Shown piece by piece: positions 43,000 to 54,381 of a stretch of 64,000 nucleotides of DNA. This DNA comes from a virus. The notes beneath the pieces are model-generated. The model ran no database searches and had not been told where the DNA came from. It saw only the letters and a list, made by a program, of their open reading frames with translations. Every line of letters starts with the position of its first letter. Position 1 is the first letter of the stretch. The DNA lies in the IMG/VR virus record IMGVR_UViG_3300024259_000016, positions 1-64,000 of that record. The stretch is one strand, 5' to 3'. The position numbers and the translations under genes were made by a program.

Positions 43000-43556
43000 C
43001 AGGCAGGCACCTCGATCTTCGCACCACCCACCTTATCAATCAGGTCTTGCAGCTCACGGCAGGCTTCCCCAACCATCTGCCCGTAGTAGCCCCCTGCCTC
43101 CTTGAACCCCTTTTCATCCTTGTAGCTGCAGGCGCCGAGGAAGGCTGAACCGTACAAGCCCTTATAGGTGGCACGTACCTCGACCTTGGCCCAGGCCCAG
43201 ACATCTCCCCCCTCAAGCCGACGGATGATCTCGTCCTCGACTTCCTTGTCGTAGGCATCATCCCCGCTTGCCATAGCGTTGCCCCGAACAGGGATGTCAT
43301 CCTCCGGCTGCACATGCAACGTGATCTCAGGCTGCACCTTGGCTGCCACAGGCTGAAGGTCATAGACCCGACCGGTCCAGTCGCAGTCGTTGCAAACCAC
43401 GGTGGCCCCATCCTCAATCGGGAACTCAGTACCAACCAGGTGTTCATCCAGCAACGCCAGGTCCATGACCCCGTCCCACTTGAAGGTCGCAGGCAGCTGG
43501 ATAACAAACCTGGGCTCGGCCTCACCGCAGTCGGGGCAGCAGACTTGCCTACTCAT
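42999..43556 (-). CDS. Zn-ribbon module fused to a conserved phage domain
   Basis: CPDCG...LPATFKW...TEFPIE...CNDCDWTG then VRGNAMASGDD...WAW. Confidence 0.65.
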   Translation of the reverse strand: MSRQVCCPDCGEAEPRFVIQLPATFKWDGVMDLALLDEHLVGTEFPIEDGATVVCNDCDWTGRVYDLQPVAAKVQPEITLHVQPEDDIPVRGNAMASGDDAYDKEVEDEIIRRLEGGDVWAWAKVEVRATYKGLYGSAFLGACSYKDEKGFKEAGGYYGQMVGEACRELQDLIDKVGGAKIEVPA

Positions 43557-45474
43557 AAGTTATCTCCTTTGCTACCTTCAGAGCCACATCAGCCAGCAGC
43601 TCACAACCAGCCTCGCTGGCTTTCTCGAGGCGGTCATCGTCCTCGCCGGCTGCCTCGAACAGCGGCGTGACCTCCTTGTCGTAGCGTTTCTTGATCATTT
43701 TGATGGCCAGGGCCAGGGCGCCGTTGTACTCAGGCCTGTAATAATCCCACAGCAGATCACGGTCCTCTTTACTGGCCTTATCATCTTGATGCTCAGGCAA
43801 GAATTCAGAGAGACCGATCGTATCACCCTCGTCACACCAGGTATCGATGGTTCGGCGGTCAGCCCACTCATCCGGCCTGGCCCCATCATAGAACCAGTGC
43901 TCAATCTGTTCTTCAGTGAGTACAGCCTTCACATCTTCCCGTGCCCACCGTTCAGCCAGCTCTCGGGCGCCTCGATACAGAGTCATGCGCGCCGCCGATC
44001 TTGCATCCACATAGGCTCGTCGATGAAGAACATCAGCTCCCATCCCCCCCATCATCAGGGCTGGGGTCCTCAACAACTTTGTCTGGGTCGAAGAACTCGT
44101 CGCCCTCAAACTTGTCCACCACCTGGCGGCACAGCTTGATCAGCTCTGCCCTGGCGAGGGTCTCCCCCTTCTCTGGACTCAGATGCACATCGTACTCCCG
44201 CTCTCTACTCCTCCTCGGTGATCTGATCGGGGTGAGGGCCTTCCTTGGCCACCCACTTACGAAATTGCTGTGATCTCTCGTCCGATTTATAGGCGGTGAT
44301 GCTCACGTCTGGCTGGACATCCCCCACATGAAACACCTCCCAATCAGGCCCATGGTTGCCACCAATGTCGACGTTGCCCCGGCTGAAGGGCTTAACACGC
44401 AGGCCAAAGCCGGCAGGGCCCTCGCCCCCGCTCACTGCAAAGCCGTAGCGTCCATCCTTGGACTTGACCCAGATCTCCCGGGCATCGTTGGGCCACAGGG
44501 AGACTCGGGCCAGCGACAGCAGGGAGTCCGGCTGCTCAACCAGGTCGACGTACTTTTCAAGGCGTTGGTCGACGTTGTCGAGCACCTCCCCCCCGATGAC
44601 CTCGGTCTCGGGGCAGGCATCCGAGTACTCGAGCGACGTGCGGATGGCCTCAATGGCCGTGCTGCCGGCGATGGCGTCCGCCACGCACTGCTCAACGTCC
44701 TCGCGCTGATCGTCGAGGCACTGCACCTCGATCTCAACGAACACCCGATGGCGCACCACTTCGATCTCTTTCCACTTGAGCACCACGTAGATGTTTGGCT
44801 GCTCCTCGGGCGGCACCCAGCCGATCTCCTCGTCAACATGTTCTTCAGGCATCGGATTGCCCTTCTTGTTGACAGGCCAGAACAGTGTCGGATCAGCCTC
44901 ATGCGCGCGGGTTAACTCAGCGTCCAGGGCAGCACCGATCTGCTCATTCCCAACCCCATCAGGCACACCGTCCCAGGTATGCTCGCTGCCCATCAGGTCT
45001 TCGACAGCCGCACCGGCATCACCCCAGTTCGGCGAGCAATACAACAACAGCTCACCATCCCTGTTGTGCCCATCCTGCAGATAGCAAGGGGAGCACTTAT
45101 CGACGAAGTCAGCCGTCACTTCATACTTCTTGGTCATAACCACTCTCCATTGATCTTGATGGCTGTACATCCAGCATTCGGCATACCGAAGTCATCGAGG
45201 GGCTCGAAGCCGCTGTACTCCCCATAGATTATCCCTTCGTAGTGGCAGTTACCGTCGTCGTCATACAGACTGAACCTGGCTGCATTCCCCCTCACCTCGG
45301 AATTGAGGTTGGATGGTCCCTTCGTCCCTACGGCACTGTTATCCCAGTCAGACCCATCGGCCCGCTTCGCGCCGTGCTTTTTGATAGATCTCTCGAGGAG
45401 TCTATCGCGGGTGACCTCCCAGCGGTAAAAGGCCTCGCCATTAGCATCTACCTCAGGTACATTCCACAGGCCCA

Positions 45475-45816
45475 TCAGGTATGCACACTCCAACCATCCT
45501 GCGGTGTCAAACAAACGGACAGGGTTGGTGCCCCACCATCTCCACCATTGTCATGCCGGCCATGCCAAATTAAACCGCCGGAAAACCAGTGACGATACTC
45601 TCCATCTTCCCCTCTCTGCTCCATTGCAAAGGAGAAGGACAGTGGCGCAAAGTCGGTACCGAGATGGCACCTGGTAGCCTCCGGATCTCCATGGCAGGCA
45701 TACTCGGCGAGGTAAGTCAGTTCCCCCTCCAGCTGCTCCCTCATCTCTACCCCAAGCTTGTCCGCCGCGGCTCTCACCTCGGCCAGATACTCTTCACACC
45801 TATCAATTATTAGCAT
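45475..45816 (-). CDS. DUF4120-like phage protein
   Basis: DFAPLSFSF...GGLIWHG...TLSV...GWSVHT. Confidence 0.6.
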   Translation of the reverse strand: MLIIDRCEEYLAEVRAAADKLGVEMREQLEGELTYLAEYACHGDPEATRCHLGTDFAPLSFSFAMEQRGEDGEYRHWFSGGLIWHGRHDNGGDGGAPTLSVCLTPQDGWSVHT

Positions 45817-48800
45817 TAGCTTACCACCCCATTGAGTTCTTTTATCAGGCCGAGGACAATACCAGTTACCTCGGCCGCTGACATTTGGGGACGTGCCCCC
45901 CATCGACCTTCTAATGCACTCATGAGAGACAGCTGACCAGCGATCCAAGAGGGCATCATCTCGTCCGGGGTCAGGTCAGAAATGAACACCGAGGGACGTC
46001 CTATTCGTGCCAAAGAGAACGGCATCTTCAGGACGACCAGCAGGTCAGCCTCGGGCACCTCTGTTTTGTCGTTGGCCGCCAGGTACCCTTTGACAGGTAT
46101 CAGCAGAAACTTGCAGTCACCACGGTCCACGATCAGGGAGAAACCTGTCTCCTTGGCGAGCATCCACATCCTTTGTGCATCAGTCATGGGTTATTCCTCC
46201 TCGAGGCTGATGTTCATACGCAAGGACAAGGACTCATCGCACCCGGGGCACTTAATCTTACGGACAACCCTGGCCACCTTACGGACAGGCCTCTCCTTCT
46301 TCCGACGCCGTTCTACCTCAGCGAATGCTTGGGCAGGGTGCAGGAATGAATGTTCAATGGAATTGTGCCCCCCGTCACTGGTACGCACGGCAGGCTCTCC
46401 AAGATCGTCAGAAGGGGACGGGGGAACAAGAACGTCGTCTACCGTATCGAAGAAGCTCATGTAGACCTTGTTTGTTCCTTCCATCACGAAGAAGTAACGG
46501 AACATCCCCCCTCTGGTCATGCACACAGGCATCCCATAGATAGGCTTGCCACCCCACTCACCGACCTTGCGGCCGGCGGTCCTGGTTGTCTTTCTCCTCA
46601 TCAGATCACCAGGTTCCCGTACCTACACAGTTCAGCAGCCAAGGTTGTCGGCCCAACCATATCAGAGCGAACAACAACACCAAGGAGATCAGGAGCAGGC
46701 CCCAGATGTGCATGTCGCTGCGCTGCCGCGGTGTCATAGGACCACCAGCCCAACCATAATCAGGAAGCCAAACCAACCGGCCGCGGCGAGCCAATAAGCC
46801 CGCCGGACATCCCCCTGCAGGACCTTGATGGTCCCTATACCATCACGCACGGCCGTCTCCTGCTCGCACAGGGACTCGTACATCTCCTCGTTTCCTACGA
46901 GTAGGCTATCCCGGTTCACACGCACGGCTTCCAGCGATCCCCGAAGCCCCTTGTTCAGGCTCTTCAGCTCGGCAGCCTGCTTGTGGCATCGGCGTCCATC
47001 CTTACGGGCTGAGTTCAGCTCCCGCTCCAACCCTTGGATCATCTCATCACGGCGTAATGCCGCAGCCTCGTCTTTCTTCGCACGATTCCTCTCACTCATG
47101 ACAAGTCCTCTGCCTGCAATGCAGCTGTTAACTCAGCCAAGAAAAGACCAAAGTCCTCATATACCTGCCCAGGGTCTGATGACCGGTGTGCCCGCTGGCG
47201 GGCTGTATTGTACGATCCTGGAAAGGCACCACTGAGGGTCATCTCCGAGAAGGCATTAGTCATGTTGTCAGGTAGAAGTAAGTGAAGGAACCAGACATGC
47301 AGATTGTGGTCCGAGTTGTTAGTGTCTGTCTCAGCTGCCAACAAGGTTATGTTGCGTATGGTCACAGGCATCCCGTATGGGTACCGACTCTTCGGGAACA
47401 TCTGCTTGAACCGTTTGAACTGATCCCTGCAAGGATACAAGGAGGCCAGAGCTTCATGGGTGATGTGCCTCATCGAACTAGCATCCTGTCGAGCAGCTCC
47501 CCGAACTCCCCGTCAATAGAGACGGGCTTGCCGGAGGTCTTGCGACCCTTCCCCTTCTTACCCTTCTTGCGGCGCTTCCACCTGTCCCGCCGATTCTTCT
47601 TCTCATTCAACCCCATGTCAGACAGGTCTTGGAAGACAGGGCCCTCTACTTCGGTCTTCTTCAGAGACATGGTCTACCCCTCGATCCCGCGGATGAAGTT
47701 GATCATATGAGACAGGGCCGCGGCATCCCCGTCGTACCTGAGCCTCAGCTTCTCCATCATATAGTTCGGGTGGATCCAGCAGCCCTGGGGCAACCACATG
47801 CTGGCGTGGAAATTGACCACGGATAGTAGATCATGGGCCGTGGGCTCGGTCATTGGCGCCAGAGTCAGGCACACCTCGTAGCTGGTGGCATTACCCGGCT
47901 CGTAGAGGAACATCCGGGTGTCTGGATGATGCAAGCGGCGTTGCTCATTGACTGGATGAAACATTTCAGCCAGCGCCTCATTGCAGATAGCAGTGTGCAT
48001 GCTTGGACGTGGCATCCTACTTGCCCCCCCTGCCGACGAAGGTGTAGACCGGGCGGGCAACCTTGCCCGAAGCAAACCTGTTCCCTACCCTCTTCTGGAC
48101 GAGCTCACGGTCAATACGAACCTGCCCCATGGCAGGCCGGTGGCGCAGGGTGGGCTGCTGCTTCCCCTTCACATCCCCCCCCATCCCCAGCCTCATCTGC
48201 TCAACCTTCTCCTTCTCCTGCTCCTTGCGTGCACGTACCAGCTCAGCCCGGGCAGCTTTCTCGACCTTCAGTGCCCTGGCGGCCTGCCCCAGCACGTCAT
48301 CCAGCATGGCCCTGCCTGCCTTGCTCATCCCTTTACGTACCCCAGGCCTGTCCAGCATCTTCAGGTCCCGCCCAGCCCTCTCCACGGCGTCCTGGGCAGC
48401 CATAAGGCCTGCCATCGGGCTGTCACCCCGGCTCCGAGCTGTCAACAGGCCTTGAGTCGTCACAATCTGACCTGCTTTCCCCGGGGCACGGGAGGCCACC
48501 AGCATGTGCTCAGCCTCCAGGTACCAGCCCAGAGCTTTCTCCAGCCCGCACAAGGCCGCATCCAACCGAACATCAGGCTCGGCATCCCACTTCTTGCGAG
48601 CCACCCAGATTTCTTCAAGCCTCGCCTTGAATCGGGCCCCCCGCCTACGGATCGCGTGCATATCCTCAGAGAACCGGGCGTTCAGCGCATCCACGCGCGC
48701 CTCGATTTCCTCAGCGTCCCGCCGGCTCATCACCACCTGACCCACCTCGACATCCACAACAGGTGAGGGCAGGCATACGCCAGTAGCCTCAACATCTTGA

Positions 48801-48986
48801 GTCAGCGCAGGGCTGGTGCCCCTACACTCCAACGAATTATCCCCCATCACCCGGGGGTCTGCATCAACAGCAGCACTCTGCTGGGCCTGCTTAGTCACCT
48901 TACGGCGGAGCTGTACGCCCAGGGCCACGAATTTACACATGGCATTTCTCCTCGATTGTTTTGAAGTACTACAGATGAATCAGGTA

Positions 48987-49385
48987 CTACCCGTAAACGA
49001 CAGAACCAAAAAGGCAGAGCTGGAGGAATACATCCCCCGTAGTGGCATCATCGTTCTCCGCCATGAAGTCACCCCAGTGGCGGGTGTACTTCTGCTGCAT
49101 CAGCGCCAGCCCCTTCTCGATGGCGGCCTTGTCCAGCTTGTAGCGGCTGTCGGGGTCATCATCGGTGGAGAACACCACCGAGCAGCCCTCCACAAACGGG
49201 ATCAGCTGCGACGGGTGCCAGTAGGTCTCTCCCGTCTGGCTCCCCCCCTCCTGGAAGTCCTTGTGGGTGAGGCCATCGCGCAGCTCTTCGCCGACGATCT
49301 GGTACCAGTAGTTGCTGCCGCCCTCCAGGGCACAGCACAACAGGCCCCGAATCTTGTCATCGGGAATGCTAATCTTGACGTCCAT
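48987..49385 (-). CDS. Conserved phage hypothetical protein
   Basis: ALEGGSNYW...DATTGDVFLQLCLFGSVVYG; AAGGAG SD. Confidence 0.7.
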   Translation of the reverse strand: MDVKISIPDDKIRGLLCCALEGGSNYWYQIVGEELRDGLTHKDFQEGGSQTGETYWHPSQLIPFVEGCSVVFSTDDDPDSRYKLDKAAIEKGLALMQQKYTRHWGDFMAENDDATTGDVFLQLCLFGSVVYG

Positions 49386-51074
49386 CTCTGTCTCCTTTGT
49401 TGTTGAAACTACAGGCGATCCCAGTTGTACGGGCGGTTGACCATGTCAGGCTCATCGACCAGCTCTTCAGGCTCATGGTCGACGTAGGGGGGCACCACCC
49501 AGGTGTAGCCGTGCCGGCTGATGAAGATCACCCGTCCGGCCTCATGCAAGCGCTTGACGCAGGTGAACACAGCCTGCTCAAACTCCCCCCACCCCCCCAG
49601 CTCCTCATTCTCATCCCCCCACCCCAGGTCGGAGGCCTCCGGTGTAGGCCTGCCGGCGTACATCAACGGGATCGGGTATGGGAACCTGGCCCCACCTGGC
49701 ATCCAGCGGATCATCTCGTACACTTTCTTCTCATCGATCTTGAATTCCATGGTTACCTCCGGGCGTCCGGGTGGGGTTCAGGGCAGAAGTGCAGCTCCCA
49801 GCACAGCAGCTCAGTGCATCCCGCACACCCAGCCCGCTCAGGCTGGCTGCAGTCAGGCCCGCGGTCCAGCTCCCCCAGCTCGGCGGCCTCCAGGCACACA
49901 GGCATCACGTACCCGGGCCCTTTGAGCAGCCGGGCCAGGCACCGGGCGTTGTCACACCCCCCGCACATGGCGACCTGCTTATCCTCTTCAATTCTCACGG
50001 CATTGCTCATCATTTGATCTCCTCGACATCCACCGCGGCTGCAGCTGGTCCCATCCATCGGACCGCCTCGGCCAGGTTGTTAAACCGCATGGACCTGGCG
50101 TAGGCATCCAGGGCGCCCTTCTCGCTCAGGGCTGTGTGGGTCCCCAGCAGGAGGCCAGAGCGGTGCCCCCTGATCTCGTAGGTCTTGAGCTTGACTTCGG
50201 TGGGGCCGAAGAATATCCGTGTTGTCTTAGGCATCAGCAGTCCTCCCCCCAGCAGCCCCAACAGTCAGAGCTGGGCTCGCAGCCCGAGGGGCAACGCAGG
50301 CCCTGGGCCTGCTCACGCCCCCACTGCCCGACCACGGCCTGCTTGTCCTGCTCCAGGTTGCTCTTGAACTTCTGGCAGATCCCGAAGCAATCGAGCGGGG
50401 TGTACTGCTTGTAGGCAGAAACATCCGGGAAGGTTCGGCCGATGAGGCTGGCCAGTTCTTCGCGGGTCAGGTTCTGATCCAATTCGTTGAAGGTCATGAA
50501 CTTTTCTCCATGTCAGGCGACGAGCCAGTCGCATCCGGCGGCTCTGGCGGCATCCACTTGCAGGCTACTACACACCTGTATCGCGACACACCGCATGGTA
50601 ATCTCGGACTGGAATTGGCCAGCTACCCTATCTCTGATCAGGTGGGGCAAGGGCAGGTCAGTCCAGGCCTCCGACTCGAAGACCAGATAGGCCGGCGTGG
50701 ACATCCTGGGCAACTCGAACAGCTCAGGGAACAATACCTCATCAGCTGGACTGACAAGGAGCTGATCTTCGTGCACCCACCTGGCCGGGGCCATCTGATC
50801 AACCCAGATTTCAGGGGGCTGGGACCGGACAACCAGGTCAGGCAGTGAAGTAACCCTGTCCAGGCCACGACACCAAGGATCCGCCGGCAGCTCCTCCAGG
50901 AGCAGTGCCCCGAGGATCAGGAAGACGAGCAGAGCGAAGATGAACATGCTACCTCCAGTTGAAGGTTAGGGGAGATCATTGAATTTGCAGGTGATTCAAG
51001 TTGCTGGCTACCCCTCGCACACGCGGGAGTTCACTAGTAGGTGAGCCTACTTAGGCGGAGCTAACTCCCCAGGT

Positions 51075-51265
51075 GTAATCGATTGTTCACAGTGTAATCG
51101 GTTGTTCACGTGAACCGCTGTTCACAGGGGGTGTGAACGATTGTTCACAGTCCAGGGGGTTGAGGGTGTGAACGTTGGGTTACAGGTGTGAACGTCTGTT
51201 CACGGTCAACGGGATATGCTACCCTGTGAACGATTGTTCACATAGAGGTGTGAACTTCTGTTCAC
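51075..51265. repeat. Array of eight GTGAAC-N4-GTTCAC palindromes (5 perfect, 3 degenerate)
   Basis: Copies begin at 51075, 51094, 51110, 51133, 51168, 51188, 51226, 51250; non-coding region. Confidence 0.9.
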
Positions 51266-51383
51266 GTTCCCCTAAACTCCGTGCGATATCAAGGGATTAG
51301 GGGGAACCATGAGTTTTCATGGTCCGGACGTAGGTATGGTGTGGGCTACTGGGGGGTGTTGCTCCGCTTTCCCTGTGATACTG

Positions 51384-52484
51384 CTAGGTATTCGCGGGGT
51401 AGAGTCTCATTCCAAGCTCATTGGGGGTGACACAGTATGTTGCTCCTGACCTTGAAGGCCAGTGGACCCAATGGGGAATGCTATGTAGATAGTTGCTGTA
51501 TGTCTCTTGTGTTGACTCCTGAGCTTGCCTAGTGGGTGCTACCTGGTTACGGTACGCCGCGACCCTGGATGGTGTCAGGCGACGGGTGGTGCGTTGCTGT
51601 GCAGTCGCTTGACGCTTGATCTGTCGGTTGAGCTTGCGACGTTGTTTCTTCGATAGTTTGGATGCAGGGGATCCGCATACCTTGCGACGGGTGGCGCGGG
51701 ATTCTGAACCATTTTGTGCGTGTTCTTCTATGTCCCGTGCACTGTAACCATGGTTCTGGGGGTCGTTTATGGGGTCGATAGCGTCGACGATAGGAGCAAT
51801 CCCCCCCTTCCCTAACACCTTGCGTATGTTCCCCCGTAGCCGCGCGCGCTCGCTTGTATATTCAGCTTTTTGGGATGGGTCAAGGGGAGTACGGCACTCG
51901 GTACAAACGACCTTTAAACCGCTTGTATCAATGTCTACTGGCGCCATACATACGGGACATACTGCCCCATGGTATTGATACTGCTCCGCCCCTTCTACAC
52001 TCCAACGTATGGATCCTTGTATACTGCCCGGTCCTTGTGTAGGGCCGTACCCGAATCCCTGCATATTGCGAGACTGTACACAAGCTAGCTTGCTATCTAC
52101 TTGCCGCGATTGGCTGTCATTGCGACGTATAGAGGCTACTACAGATTGTATAGACTTGAGTAATATACGTTTATAGTGAACAGGGAGATTATCTACAGTG
52201 GTTTGTACATTATTGAATGATGATGCTACTTTGTATATTTCCCTAGTAGATAGGGATTCGAGATATTGTATACAACGTGTGTAGTATTGTGGGCCATACT
52301 CGCCAGCGACGGGAGTAGGTAGCCCGATGACATGATCGGGTGCGCGATAGCCTGTCACGTCCCTATGTACTAGGGACCATGACGGCCAGTGTACCTTGAC
52401 CAATGGATCAGGTAGCAAGCAAGGGAGAATCCCTTTGTAGGTTTGCTGGAGGGTATCGGGGGATGGTATTAGGGGGGGAAGCAC
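51384..52484 (-). CDS. AT-richer hypothetical protein with Zn ribbon and basic tail
   Basis: 366 aa ORF, CPVC...CTEC, KKQRRKLNRQIKR. Confidence 0.5.
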   Translation of the reverse strand: MLPPLIPSPDTLQQTYKGILPCLLPDPLVKVHWPSWSLVHRDVTGYRAPDHVIGLPTPVAGEYGPQYYTRCIQYLESLSTREIYKVASSFNNVQTTVDNLPVHYKRILLKSIQSVVASIRRNDSQSRQVDSKLACVQSRNMQGFGYGPTQGPGSIQGSIRWSVEGAEQYQYHGAVCPVCMAPVDIDTSGLKVVCTECRTPLDPSQKAEYTSERARLRGNIRKVLGKGGIAPIVDAIDPINDPQNHGYSARDIEEHAQNGSESRATRRKVCGSPASKLSKKQRRKLNRQIKRQATAQQRTTRRLTPSRVAAYRNQVAPTRQAQESTQETYSNYLHSIPHWVHWPSRSGATYCVTPNELGMRLYPANT

Positions 52485-52510
52485 AGTACGGTGGGAGTAG
52501 GGCAGGAGCC

Positions 52511-53140
52511 CTACGCCAGGGACATGCTCGCGATCTTGTTGGTGAGATCCGAGCGCCGGTCCTTGGCAGTCTCGCCGGGCAAAGTGTCGCGAAGCGACCC
52601 CTTAAAGTCCGAGTAGGCCAGGGAACCATACGCCGCAATGATGCTCGCCTTAGACTTGGCCAGCGCGTCGACGGTAGCCGCGTGAACATCCGGACCGGTA
52701 GCACCGGCAGCCACTTGGACCGGGATGGTGGCGGATCCGGACTTGTTCAGGGGAACGGTGAGGGTAACTTTCTTTGGTGAATCGGACATGATATTCTCCT
52801 TTGTTGGTTAACTACAAGGGGTTAACGTGCCAAGTACTTGTCAAGGATCGCGGTAGTGCTCGCGGGGGTTTTGATGGACTTGCAAGGGATGGCCTTGCCG
52901 TTCTTCAAGATGATAGTGAACATGGTTGCTATCCTTTGGTAATTACCATCTGAGATTGAAGTCAGAGTAACCAAACAATTTGGCCACCCTTTTTGCTTGT
53001 TTCTTGATCTCCCCTCGGACAGCTGCTTTGTCAGTGGGGGAGAAGTTGTGATCATGGTTTTCATCTAAAGCCATCAAAGCATTCTCAAAGGAGTACAGAA
53101 GCCTGTCTTGTGCTTCCCGTTTTGCTTGTGTCTTTGTCAT
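52511..53140 (-). CDS. Three small genes heading the leftward arm (53140-52943, 52923-52822, 52789-52511)
   Basis: AAGGAG and AAGGA SD sites; downstream of a TTGACC-type promoter near 53175. Confidence 0.55.
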
Positions 53141-53913
53141 ACCAGAAGAGTGGGTTATATGAGAGTATAGGTCAAGGGAAAAGAACCTATGATATTACGC
53201 TAGGTTACTGTGATTCAGTGGTATCTGCTATCCCGGACCATGCAAATAAGGGAGATCCCCAAGGGAAGGGATCTCATAAGATAGAATGAACCGTGATCCT
53301 GCTACCATCGCGCGCGTACCCGTACCGCCAGTGCTGGCCGCCGGACCACCACTGAATCGGTCGAGACAGAGTCAAGCGATGGATCCGGACAGAGGACAGA
53401 ATGTTAGCTAAGTGTAGGTAATGACAGATGGAATGCATACCTACATGATATGAGAGGTATCCTACAGTTACATACCAATACAAGGAATACAAGGTATTTC
53501 TATCCTACACTGTAGGGAAGTGTATACAATCCACCTATAGGTTTTCTGTAGTGATAACAGATAGTTACGCTGGAATCAATTCTAAGCTCATAACCTATAC
53601 TCCTATACCAGGGGATACCTCGAACCGGTAGGGAGCCTCACAGGACCTAGAATAATAGGGTCCATCCAGACATGGTTAGGGTTTCTGGAACCTAGTGCCA
53701 AGTCTATAGACAAGGTAGACAATGACCCCTTTTCCTGTGTAGGGTAGGGTAGTGTGGAGTAGGTAGCAGCCTACAGTGGGGGGTAGGGTAGGAGTAGGGA
53801 CCGGGGTACGGTATACAGGGGAACCGGTCCGGACCTTGACCACCCTCGCCCGCCGGACAAGGGTATTCCCCTTGAATTGGGGTACCGAAATGCCGGATTT
53901 CCCACGCGGGGGG

Positions 53914-54090
53914 TCCCATCACGCTATCAACTACTCGGTCCTTAGATACATAAGTATATACTCCCGTGACAACCCCCATCACGATATCGTATCGAAAACT
54001 CCCCTATGATGATTCATATACTCCCATAACAACTCCCGTCACGCTATCAAATACCCCGACCCCCCATAAACTGGCATATACTCCCATAGC
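53914..54090. repeat. Degenerate repeat with exact 60-bp period
   Basis: ATATACTCCC at 53956, 54016, 54076; CCCRTCACGMTATC at 53915, 53975, 54035. Confidence 0.85.
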
Positions 54091-54330
54091 AGTTACCGGT
54101 GGACCTCGTGACCCCTCCTGTACTACATTCCCGACAGAGATTGGCGGCCAGCAACCGTTGCCCTCCAGGCGTCCTACCGCTTGGGGGGCTTTCTCTTTCC
54201 CTCCTGATGCAGCTATGAACCTGCAGCCGGCCCCCGCGGCGCCGGCCGTATTCCCTCTGCAGCACCTTCTCTTATCCCGAAGATCCTGACGGCCCTCTAT
54301 TCTAAAAGAAAAGCTGGCCCCACATCTATT

Positions 54331-54346
54331 GTGCCACACGTGGCAC
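54331..54346. promoter_or_regulatory. Operator palindrome GTGCCACACGTGGCAC at the head of the rightward arm
   Basis: Perfect 7-bp arms; extra half-site at 54366-54372. Confidence 0.7.
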
Positions 54347-54381
54347 CTGACAGGTATGTGTCAGTGTGCCACACCTTTGTG

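Larger units (their letters stand above)
33705..50497 (-). other. Array of about 35 small, coupled hypothetical genes (probable early/host-takeover region)
   Basis: Continuous same-strand ORFs with ATGA/TGATG overlaps and GGAG SDs; acidic and CxxC-rich proteins. Confidence 0.75.

Noticed and set aside
51075-51265. CRP or Rex operators
   Set aside because: Spacing between TGTGA and TCACA is 8 nt rather than 6, so it fits neither
53150-53900. Short ORFs in the divergence zone
   Set aside because: Alternative starts, no SD, atypical composition; treated as non-coding
53914-54090. CRISPR array
   Set aside because: Only 3-4 degenerate units, non-palindromic repeat, spacers partly resemble each other, no cas operon
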